From: Cenarchaeum sp.
Lineage (GTDB): Archaea > Thermoproteota > Nitrososphaeria > Nitrososphaerales > Nitrosopumilaceae
Length of the DNA: 64,000 nucleotides
Direction: 5' to 3'
NCBI GenBank assembly: GCA_965242695.1
Contig: CBDESU010000002.1
Span: forward strand, 1,344,001 to 1,408,000
Below are positions 56,630 to 64,000 of the stretch, in pieces (position 1 is the stretch's first letter; every line of letters begins with the position of its first letter). The translations under genes and the position numbers were made by a program. The notes under the pieces are model-generated. The model ran no database searches. It was not told where the DNA came from and saw nothing but the letters and a program-made list of their open reading frames with translations.

Positions 56630-57124
56630 CTACCATATGTTGCGGATCGACGCGTATCCCTCGTCCGCCGCGGGCGGCATCATCTCAGCGGCCTGCCTGC
56701 CAAGGACGGGGTCGGGAACCCTCTCGCCCCCCGCCCGCCGCGCGTTCTGCCTGTACGCGCGCGCAGCGTCCCTGAAAAAGACGGCGTGCGCCGCCGCGCC
56801 GTACGCGCGTGCGTGCTCTACGTGGCCCCTGCGTATCGCCGCGGTGAGGTTCGTGTCGTCGACGACGACGCTCCTGCCCGACGCGAGGGCGTCGTCGATC
56901 AGGACGTACTCGGCGCGCCTGTTGTTGCTCAGCCCCGCGCCCGCGTACCCCCTCGACTGGTAGAGCCTGGCCAGCTCGCACCTCCTGCCAAAGTCCGTCT
57001 TTATGACGTCCAGCGAGACGTGGACGTGGTCCGCATAGTCTGAGCGGGCCAGGGTCGTCTTGCCGCTGCCCGCGATGCCGACCATCAGCACCATCTGCTG
57101 CCGACGCGGCGCGTGCCCCCGCAC
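56630..57124 (-). CDS. AAA_33/polynucleotide-kinase-like P-loop protein
   Basis: MVGIAGSGKTT, VSLD, VVVDDTN....R, QNARR...RVP, EGY. Start GTG 57124 or ATG 57094. Confidence 0.82.
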   Translation of the reverse strand: MRGHAPRRQQMVLMVGIAGSGKTTLARSDYADHVHVSLDVIKTDFGRRCELARLYQSRGYAGAGLSNNRRAEYVLIDDALASGRSVVVDDTNLTAAIRRGHVEHARAYGAAAHAVFFRDAARAYRQNARRAGGERVPDPVLGRQAAEMMPPAADEGYASIRNIW

Positions 57125-57254
57125 GCCGGCGCCCCTGCACGGGGGCATAAGGCGTTTGCCGCGAGCCGGCGCACGGGCGGGCGGCTGTGGCCAGCGCCCG
57201 TCGCCCGATGCACGCTGCCGGATGTCCCGATCCTGGGCGGGCGGCGGGCGGGAT

Positions 57255-57461
57255 CTAGTCCCGCATCATGGAGCGCATCAGGGCGAACAGAAGCATGCAG
57301 GCAAGGATGGCCGCGCCCACGCCCCCCGCATGCATGGCGAACCCCTCTCCCCCCGCCGCGCCGATCGCCGCGCCTACCCCGAGGGCGACGACGACGAACA
57401 CGACCAGCACCACTATCGTCGCCGCGAGCGCTCTTGCGAGCCCGCCAAAGGCCGAAACCAC
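57255..57461 (-). CDS. Small two-TM membrane protein
   Basis: Two hydrophobic helices at the 3' end of the 57255..57926 ORF; start inferred. Confidence 0.5.
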   Translation of the reverse strand: MVSAFGGLARALAATIVVLVVFVVVALGVGAAIGAAGGEGFAMHAGGVGAAILACMLLFALMRSMMRD

Positions 57462-57547
57462 CGGACGATCCAGCAAAGTCCGCACTATAGGTGTCCCGTG
57501 CGGCGCGGCGCGGGCGGCCACCCCCCCCCGCAGCGCCTGGTCGGCAG

Positions 57548-57856
57548 CTAGGAGGCGCCTGCGCCAGGCTCTGCCCCCTCCCCGCCGCCCCCGCCCCTGC
57601 GCGGCGCCCCGGGCCTGCCCCTCGTCCGACGCCGCTCCCTGTCGGTCTCCTCTTCGAGCGCGGCCAGCGGGTCCTCGGCGCGCCTGCGCCGTACGGCGAA
57701 CATCTTTGGCCTGCCCGCCCTCCTTGTGCAGTCGGGGCAGGCGTACACGAGGACGCGGTACTCGTTGGGCACGTCCGGGCTGGACAGGCGCGGATAGTAC
57801 GTCATGCGGCCGCCGCAGTCGATGCAGTACCTGTTGGCCCTCCTCGTCCTGCCCAC
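57548..57856 (-). CDS. Small zinc-ribbon protein
   Basis: CIDC...CPDC; GTG ~25 nt from TTAAAA. Confidence 0.6.
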   Translation of the reverse strand: MGRTRRANRYCIDCGGRMTYYPRLSSPDVPNEYRVLVYACPDCTRRAGRPKMFAVRRRRAEDPLAALEEETDRERRRTRGRPGAPRRGGGGGEGAEPGAGAS

Positions 57857-57909
57857 GCGCCATGCGGCCGGCCGGAAGGCTTTTAACCCATGCGCGGTCA
57901 CGCCGGCCG

Positions 57910-58878
57910 TTGTCCCTGCTCCTCAAGGACCGGGTCTACTCGATGGAGGCCCCGACGGCCAAGAGGGGCGTGTACCCCCTTCACGGCTACAAGCTCGGCC
58001 TGTACCGCCTGCCGATCACACTCGACGATCCCGACGAGATACAGTCCATACGCGACGGGCTGAAGGGCACGTTCGAGATGGACCAGTACGCCGACAGGGT
58101 GTACGCGACGTACCGCTGGAGGGAGAGGAACATGGACGACCCCGATGCGAGCGGGTACGAAGAGGCCGAGATGAGCGTCACGGTAGAGGTCGTCACGGGC
58201 GAGGTCGTCGACATCATCTACCAGGTCTTTCCGATCGAAAAGTTCGGCGACACGCAGTGGGTGCGCGACTACCGCAAGAAAGCCGACCACTTCGCCAAGA
58301 TGGTCATGGACACGATCCTGCGCAACACCATCCTCGCCGACAAGCTCGCAAAGTACTACACCGACAAGGAAAAGATATCCGACGACGAGGCAGTCGGGCG
58401 CGTAGAGTCGCTCACGCCGCTCGCAAAGATCGTCCCCGACGCAAAGCCCAAGCCGAAGATGCCCGAGCCCGTCGCCGACGCGGCGTCGGCCGGCGGCGCC
58501 GCGGCCGACGTGCCGGTCACCTGGGACGTCGACGGGGCAAAGCCGGGCCCGATCGACGTCGAGTACAAGTCGAAGATCCCCCCGTCCGCAGCGTACAACG
58601 CCGGCGAGCACACGATCAAGACGTGGGGCCGCAAGGGGTCGGACAACAAGGTGCTCGGCGTGTGGGGCGAGTTCGTCTCGGTCGACTACGACATCTGCGT
58701 CGCCGACGGCGCGTGCATCGACGCGTGCCCCGTCGGCGTGTACGAGTTCTTTGACACGCCGGGAAACTCCGCGTCCGGCAAGAAGCCGCTCATGTCAAAG
58801 GAGCCGGACTGCATATTCTGCCTCGCCTGCGAGGGAGTGTGCCCGCCAAAGGCCATCAAGATATTCGAGCAAAAGTAG
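57910..58878 (+). CDS. Protein with C-terminal 4Fe-4S dicluster ferredoxin domain
   Basis: CVADGACIDACP and CIFCLACEGVCP; TTG 57910 follows TTTTAA. Confidence 0.88.
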   Translation: MSLLLKDRVYSMEAPTAKRGVYPLHGYKLGLYRLPITLDDPDEIQSIRDGLKGTFEMDQYADRVYATYRWRERNMDDPDASGYEEAEMSVTVEVVTGEVVDIIYQVFPIEKFGDTQWVRDYRKKADHFAKMVMDTILRNTILADKLAKYYTDKEKISDDEAVGRVESLTPLAKIVPDAKPKPKMPEPVADAASAGGAAADVPVTWDVDGAKPGPIDVEYKSKIPPSAAYNAGEHTIKTWGRKGSDNKVLGVWGEFVSVDYDICVADGACIDACPVGVYEFFDTPGNSASGKKPLMSKEPDCIFCLACEGVCPPKAIKIFEQK

Positions 58879-58904
58879 GCCCGCCCGGTCCAAGGTGGGG
58901 CCTT

Positions 58905-59888
58905 TCACGCGTACTGGTCGATTCCGCGCATGCGGCCCGCCTGCCCGTCCGGGGGGCCGCCGGCCGCATGCCGGGCGCCCCCGCCGGGATCGGCCCGCGG
59001 GGCCTCGTATATCGGCGTGTTCATGGGGCGCGTCCTCAGCGTGCCGGCGCGCAGCGACTCTAGGCGCCGCGCCGCAATCTCCACGTACCGCCCCTCCTTC
59101 TCGGCCCCCCTGCTGCTGCGCCCGTGCATGAGGGCGGCGACGGCCGTGCTGCCCGACCCCATGTACGGGTCGACGACCGTGTCACCCCTGTCCGTAAGCG
59201 ACAGCACGAGTCGCTCGACGAGCTCGACGGGGAACTGCGCCGGGTGCCCCGTCTTTTCGACGTGGTTGTGCTTTACGTTCGGGATGTCCCACACGTCCGA
59301 CGGGTTCTTTCCGAGCGGGTTGCAGCTGAGCTCGCCCTTTCGCGGCCCCCTGAAGTAGCGCTTGCCTGGGTACTTTGACGGGACGCGTATGGGATCGAGG
59401 TTGAACGTGTACCGGCCGGACTTTGTGAACCACATGATCGTCTCGTACCTTCCGGACAGGCGCCTCGAGCAGTGGAGGCCGTGCCCGAAGCGCCACACGA
59501 TCCTGTTGCGCATCTGCAGGCCGAGCTCGTCGAAGATGCGGTAGAGTGCGATGTCGAGGGGCACGATCCGGCCGCCGTCGACGTAGTTTCCGACCTGCCA
59601 GCATATGGACCCGTCGTCGGACAGCAGGCCGGCGCACCTCTCGATGACGCGCCGCTGCCCCTCGACGTACTCGTCGAGGCGCCGCCTCTTCTCGTACTCC
59701 TTTCCGAGGTTGTACGGGGGCGAGGTCACGACGAGCTTGGCGGTGCCGGCGCGCAGGCGCCCGAGGTACTCGACGGCGTCGCCGTGCCACAGCTCGCTCG
59801 CCGCGCCGTTGTGCCGCAGGCGGTGCATGCCCCCGCCCCAGCCGCGCCCCGCGTGCGGGGGCCGTCCCGTTCCCTGCGCTGCCGCCAT
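58905..59888 (-). CDS. Orphan beta-class DNA methyltransferase (SPPY, probably N4-cytosine)
   Basis: VTSPPYN before HPAQFP...DPYMGSGST (motif IV before motif I). Confidence 0.88.
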   Translation of the reverse strand: MAAAQGTGRPPHAGRGWGGGMHRLRHNGAASELWHGDAVEYLGRLRAGTAKLVVTSPPYNLGKEYEKRRRLDEYVEGQRRVIERCAGLLSDDGSICWQVGNYVDGGRIVPLDIALYRIFDELGLQMRNRIVWRFGHGLHCSRRLSGRYETIMWFTKSGRYTFNLDPIRVPSKYPGKRYFRGPRKGELSCNPLGKNPSDVWDIPNVKHNHVEKTGHPAQFPVELVERLVLSLTDRGDTVVDPYMGSGSTAVAALMHGRSSRGAEKEGRYVEIAARRLESLRAGTLRTRPMNTPIYEAPRADPGGGARHAAGGPPDGQAGRMRGIDQYA

Positions 59889-59977
59889 GACGTGGTCGCC
59901 GTCCGCAGGGCGCCAAAGTCGTGTAATATAGGGTGCCGGCGCCGGCCGCGGGCGCGGCTGCGCCGCCGGGCCGGGAG

Positions 59978-60083
59978 GGGAGGGGGATGGCCGGAACGGG
60001 GCGTGCGGGCGCAACGCCGGCGATGACAGCGAAATCTGCGGCCGGGATGGGAGGGGGATGGCCGGAACGGGGCGTGCGGGCGC
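59978..60083. repeat. Intergenic 35-bp G-rich direct repeat x2 separated by 36 bp
   Basis: GGGAGGGGGATGGCCGGAACGGGGCGTGCGGGCGC at 59978-60012 and 60049-60083. Confidence 0.88.
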
Positions 60084-60213
60084 CTCGGGCCCCGCCGCTC
60101 CCATGCTTAAATACGCCGCCCCGATCACGACGGCGTTGAGACGGCCGGCCTGGCATGCGGACCTGCGCCCCGCCTGCGGGCCCCGGGGCGCAGACGGCGG
60201 GCGGTGAGCCTGC

Positions 60214-60819
60214 GTGGACCTGTTCCTGATGCGGCACGGCAAGGCGGGGGCGCGCACCCCGTCGACTGCCGACTCGTCGCGAGCCCTGACGTCGGCCGGA
60301 ACGCGCGAGGTGAAAAAGGCGGCCTCGGGCCTGCGCCGCGCCGGCATTTCGTTCGACTATGTGGCGTCAAGCCCGCTGGCGCGAGCAATGCAGACTGCCA
60401 GGATCGTCGCCGCCGCGGCGGCCGGAGGGCGCGGGGCGGACGCCGCGGCCGGCCGAAAAAAGGGCAGGTCTGCCAGGCCGTCTGCCGTGCACCGCTGGGA
60501 CGAGCTAAAGCCAGAGGCCGCCGCCGCGCCGGCCCTGGAAAGGATCGCCGGCCTTGCATACGACTCGTCCGTCCTGCTAGTCGGCCACGAGCCGTCCATG
60601 ACGATGCTCCTCGGACTGCTCGTGTCGGGCGGCGCCGGGGCCGGCGGCGGCGCCCGCCGCCGCGGCCCGCCCCCTGCCCCCGCGCCCTCCGCCCCAGCCC
60701 TTTCGATAAACCTCAAGAAGGGCGGCATGGCCCGCCTGCGCATACTCTCGACCGTGCCCGAGGCGCGCGGCGAGCTGCGCTGGCTTGCGACGCCGCGCCA
60801 CCTGGAGTGCCTTCAATGA
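60214..60819 (+). CDS. sixA: Phosphohistidine phosphatase SixA
   Basis: LFLMRHGKA, RALT..G, SSPLARA.QTA, LLVGHEP, LKKGG. Confidence 0.9.
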   Translation: MDLFLMRHGKAGARTPSTADSSRALTSAGTREVKKAASGLRRAGISFDYVASSPLARAMQTARIVAAAAAGGRGADAAAGRKKGRSARPSAVHRWDELKPEAAAAPALERIAGLAYDSSVLLVGHEPSMTMLLGLLVSGGAGAGGGARRRGPPPAPAPSAPALSINLKKGGMARLRILSTVPEARGELRWLATPRHLECLQ

Positions 60820-62459
60820 CGGGCGGGGGAGCGGGGGGCGGAACCGGCGCGCCGCCGGCCGCCGCCATGGCCTCGCCCGCGGCCCGCATCGAGTCGACCG
60901 CGGCCGTAGTCGACCTCGGGTCCAACTCGGTAAAGGTCTCGTGCTACCACATACACGCCGACGGCACGTACAAGCCGTACCACTCGGTCGGCGCCAAGAC
61001 GATGCTCGCCGACGGCCTCAACGAGACGGGGTTCCTCGGCGAGGAGCCGATGAGGCGCGCCGTCGAGGCCCTGCGGCTCTGCCGCGACGTGGTAAGCCAC
61101 CACTCGATCCCGCGCGTGCTGCCGATTGCGACGGCGGCCGTGCGCGAGGCCGGCAACGGCGCCGAGTTCCTCGACGCGGTGCTCGGCGAGACGGGGCTGC
61201 GCTTTAGAGTCCTCACGGGCGAGGAAGAGGCGCTCTACTCGTACGCCGGGGCGATCCGCTCGCTGCGCCTCCCGTCGGTCGTATTCTTCGACATCGGCGG
61301 GGGCAGCCTAGAGCTGGTGTCCACCTCGGGCCACTCCATCCGCCGCGTCATGTCGCTGCCGCTCGGCGCGCTGCGGCTCACGCAGATGCACGCCAGCCGG
61401 CGCTCCGAGTTCACGGGGAGGTCGTTTGAGCTGCTAGAGTCGCACGTGCGCTCGTCGCTGCCCTCGCCGGGCGAGCTCGGCATCGACCGAGGCCGGGCCG
61501 TCCTGGTCGGCGCCGGCGGGGCCGTCCGCAGCCTTGCAAAGCACGACCAGGCGCTGCGCCGGTACCCGTTCGCAAAGGCGCACAACTACCGCCTGGCGGC
61601 CGGGTCGGTCTCGGAGATGACCGAGCGCCTTGCCCTGCTGCGCCCCCACGAGATAGCCGAGATCGAGTCGCTCGCGCGCGGCCGCGCCGAGATCATAACG
61701 GCCGGCGCATGCGTCGTCAACGTCGTCATGGACAGGTACGGGTTCGGCGAGCTCGTCGTGAGCGCGCAGGGCCTCCGCGAGGGCACGCTCGCCGCCTCGC
61801 TGGACTTTCCGCGGGCGTTCGGAGGCGGCGGGGGCGGCGCCGGCGGGGGCGGGCCCGGGGCGTCCATGCCCCACGCAGCCGAGATCGAGGCGTCCGTGCG
61901 GGCCGCCTGCGGCGCCGACGGCCTGCCCGCGGCGGCCGCCGCCGTGGCCGACCCGCTGATCGCCGCCGGCGCCCTGGACGCGCGACTGCGCCCCGTCCTG
62001 GCCCACTCGCTGCGGTACATGTCCATGTTTACGTCGCTGCGCAACATCGAGAATGTAATCCACCTGGTGCTCGACGAGGACAGCGCCCTGTCGCACCAGG
62101 AGCAGCTCGTCTCGGCACTGGCAATCATACACACGCGCAAGAAGCGGCGCGCGCGCATCCTGGCGGCGCGCTACTCGGGGATGCTCGGCGGAGCGGACGT
62201 CTCGGCACCTGTCCGACGCGTCGGTGCGCTCGCCGAGCTGTGCGACGTGCTGCTCGCGACCGGCGCGCACCCTGCGGTGTCGGTGCGCGGCGGGGGCGGA
62301 AGCGGCAAGGGGCGGCGCCGGCGGGCCTCTGTGCGCATCGAGCTGCCGCCGGCGGGCCGCGACTTTCCCCGCGTGATGCTCGCCGAGGCATGCTCGGCGG
62401 TGTCCGCGGCGTTCGGCATGGACGTGGTCCAGTCCTGCCCTGCAACCGAGGCCCTGTAG
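60816..62459 (+). CDS. ppx: Ppx/GppA exopolyphosphatase
   Basis: VDLGSNS, ATAAVREA.NG, GEEEA, DIGGGSLE, GLREG. Confidence 0.9.
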   Translation: MTGGGAGGGTGAPPAAAMASPAARIESTAAVVDLGSNSVKVSCYHIHADGTYKPYHSVGAKTMLADGLNETGFLGEEPMRRAVEALRLCRDVVSHHSIPRVLPIATAAVREAGNGAEFLDAVLGETGLRFRVLTGEEEALYSYAGAIRSLRLPSVVFFDIGGGSLELVSTSGHSIRRVMSLPLGALRLTQMHASRRSEFTGRSFELLESHVRSSLPSPGELGIDRGRAVLVGAGGAVRSLAKHDQALRRYPFAKAHNYRLAAGSVSEMTERLALLRPHEIAEIESLARGRAEIITAGACVVNVVMDRYGFGELVVSAQGLREGTLAASLDFPRAFGGGGGGAGGGGPGASMPHAAEIEASVRAACGADGLPAAAAAVADPLIAAGALDARLRPVLAHSLRYMSMFTSLRNIENVIHLVLDEDSALSHQEQLVSALAIIHTRKKRRARILAARYSGMLGGADVSAPVRRVGALAELCDVLLATGAHPAVSVRGGGGSGKGRRRRASVRIELPPAGRDFPRVMLAEACSAVSAAFGMDVVQSCPATEAL

Positions 62460-62683
62460 ACTGCCTGACGGGGCCCTGCCTAGCGCGGCAGCGGTGCTGT
62501 GCACCTGTCGGACCTAGGGCTTGGGGGACAGCGGAGCGGCTGCCGCCCTGCCCGCCCAAGTCGACAGGACCAGCCTGTAATGCCGTGTACGGCGGGAAGG
62601 CGCCGCCTCGCGCATAGCGGCCGCAGATTGTGCACGACCCAAATCCGGCCCGCTTATAAGTAACGCCGGCGCAGGCCTGCTGA

Positions 62684-62905
62684 ATGAAGCAGGTCGGCAG
62701 GAGGCAGGGGGGCGGGATCGGCGACATGAGCGTAGCAGAGGTGCTTCGCTTCTACCGCGACTTCAAGAAGCTCAAGGAGGAGGCGGGCATACCCCCGTAC
62801 GACCCAAAGGACAAGGATGCGATCCGCAGGGGGTTTTATGGGGACGGCTATGGCATGTCTCTGAAGGACATTGAAAGGTCAAGGGAAGCCCGCCGGCCAG
62901 ACTAG
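62684..62905 (+). CDS. Small hypothetical protein
   Basis: CTTATAAG 23 nt upstream; charged 73-aa ORF. Confidence 0.55.
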   Translation: MKQVGRRQGGGIGDMSVAEVLRFYRDFKKLKEEAGIPPYDPKDKDAIRRGFYGDGYGMSLKDIERSREARRPD

Positions 62906-62944
62906 CCAAAGCGCCGGCGACGCGCCCATGTCCAGGGCTCGGAC

Positions 62945-63542
62945 ATGCTAGGGCGCGTTCAGGACAAGCGCAAGCGGAGGTTGCTCGTCGTTGCCAATCA
63001 CAGATTCATGAATAGGGCCGTCGCTCACGAGGCGGTCAAACTGCTACGGCGAATGGGCGGCATTGAGAGCTTGGACGTGATTCTGGAGTCGAGCGGCGGA
63101 GGTGCCGATGCGGCCTGCAAGACGCTCACAGTCATAAGGTCGTGCGCGAAGGACACCGCCATCATCGTGCCGTTTTACACAAAAAGCGCCGCCACGCTGA
63201 TTGCGCTGGGGGGGCGACAGTCTGATCCTTTGCAAGGGCGGAGAGCTTGGTCCCATGGATCCGCAAGTGCTGGACACCATTACGAATTACTATGTCCCGG
63301 CCAGCTCGATAAAAGAGACCGCGGATTTTTTGGAAGACCTAGAAGATCCACTTATCAAGGCTTCCCTGACGGACAAGATTCCGACATTGATGGTGGCAGC
63401 ATACAAGGCGGCGGCCATGCCGCGCGCAGGCCTCGGGCAGCGGGAGCGCATGCGCACGACATATGAAACAACACGGGCCAGTTTGGGGGAAGCGGCAACG
63501 CGCTCACGCTGGCGCAAGAGCAGGCGATATTTGGGTCCTTGA
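62945..63542 (+). pseudogene. SDH_sah/ClpP-class serine protease, frameshifted at a G7 run and apparently truncated
   Basis: LDVILESSGG...KSAATLIALG in one frame continues as GDSLIL...ELGPMDPQ in another; G7 at 63208-63214. Confidence 0.8.
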
Positions 63543-63974
63543 CCTGCGTCTTGGCGGGCCCCGACGTCAGGCTGCTTCCCGTGGTCGTCGACAAGCGCGG
63601 CCGCGGAGGGCGCGAGCCGAGGCGCATGCCGCTTGCAGCGGCCTGGTCGGCCATGTTCAGGCACTTTGAGGGGCTGCTTGGCCTGCCCGGTGGCGAGTGC
63701 GGCCTGATTCTCGCTGATGCAGGCCGAAGGGCCGACGAGGCCGTGGCCCGCTCCGTCGTAGGGGGCATGGGGCGGGCAAGGATGGAGCAGGCGGGGCCAC
63801 GCGGGGGTCTTCGGCGTGATCCACATGGATTCGAGGCTTGGCGTGATGATCCATCTGGCCGACATTGCCGCCTACATCATACGCGAGCACTACCTGGTGG
63901 ACCCCATCTTTCAGGCATGGTGCGAGGCCGTCAGGGTGAGGCTTGACGCCGATCCCGCTGCACTGAGGCCCTGA
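63510..63974 (+). pseudogene. DUF3800-like fragment, N-terminally truncated and frameshifted near 63800
   Basis: VVVDK...GLILAD, then in a shifted frame DSRLGVMIHLADIAAY (DUF3800-like C-terminal motif). Confidence 0.55.
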
Positions 63975-64000
63975 AAAGCCGGGAGACGGGTACGCCAATA

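Noticed and set aside
12518-60083. Calling the three repeat-spacer-repeat units CRISPR arrays
   Set aside because: Only two repeats each, different sequences, no typical CRISPR repeat termini, no AT-rich leader and no cas genes in the window.
60205-60207. Selenocysteine or TGA recoding upstream of sixA
   Set aside because: SixA similarity begins at GTG 60214 and TGA terminates many genes in this window.

Overview
Very GC-rich (roughly 70% by eye) archaeal chromosome segment. The protein sequences, gene order and tRNA style point to Nitrososphaerota (Nitrosopumilaceae-like ammonia-oxidising archaeon). The high GC, TPR/NHL repeat proteins and low-complexity insertions suggest a sponge-symbiont-type lineage (inference). 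The backbone is housekeeping: 2-oxoacid:ferredoxin oxidoreductase, pckA, sod, pfdA-ftsY-argF, rpl18-rps5-rpl30-rpl15-secY-adk-DUF106-cmk-cbf5, cofE, two isopropylmalate-isomerase-type pairs, rpoD/rpl18e-rpl13-rps9, the SBDS-exosome-rpl37ae-pcc1 cluster, pfdB, XPF, nob1, NAD kinase, rhodanese, tRNA-Arg(CCG), sixA-ppx. Accessory genes are inserted in it: a 1425-aa Cys-rich TPR-like protein with a C-terminal PIN domain, a J-domain/DinG-XPD helicase fusion, a lower-GC gene with two HEPN-like domains, a lower-GC defence island (AbrB-type regulator plus fused R-M-S enzyme; ABC-ATPase plus PD-(D/E)xK nuclease), an NHL protein, a Tat-exported carbonic anhydrase, an orphan methyltransferase and a decaying SDH-protease/DUF3800 locus. 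The most unusual signal is that several conserved genes appear to start at near-cognate codons (ACG in the oxidoreductase beta subunit, leuD and rpl37ae, each behind a Shine-Dalgarno-like motif; CTG in cbf5), and the tRNA has an A3:C70 mismatch. All are T-to-C changes, compatible with relaxed start-codon selection under GC pressure or, speculatively, C-to-U RNA editing. Family assignments come from motif recognition only; no database searches were run.
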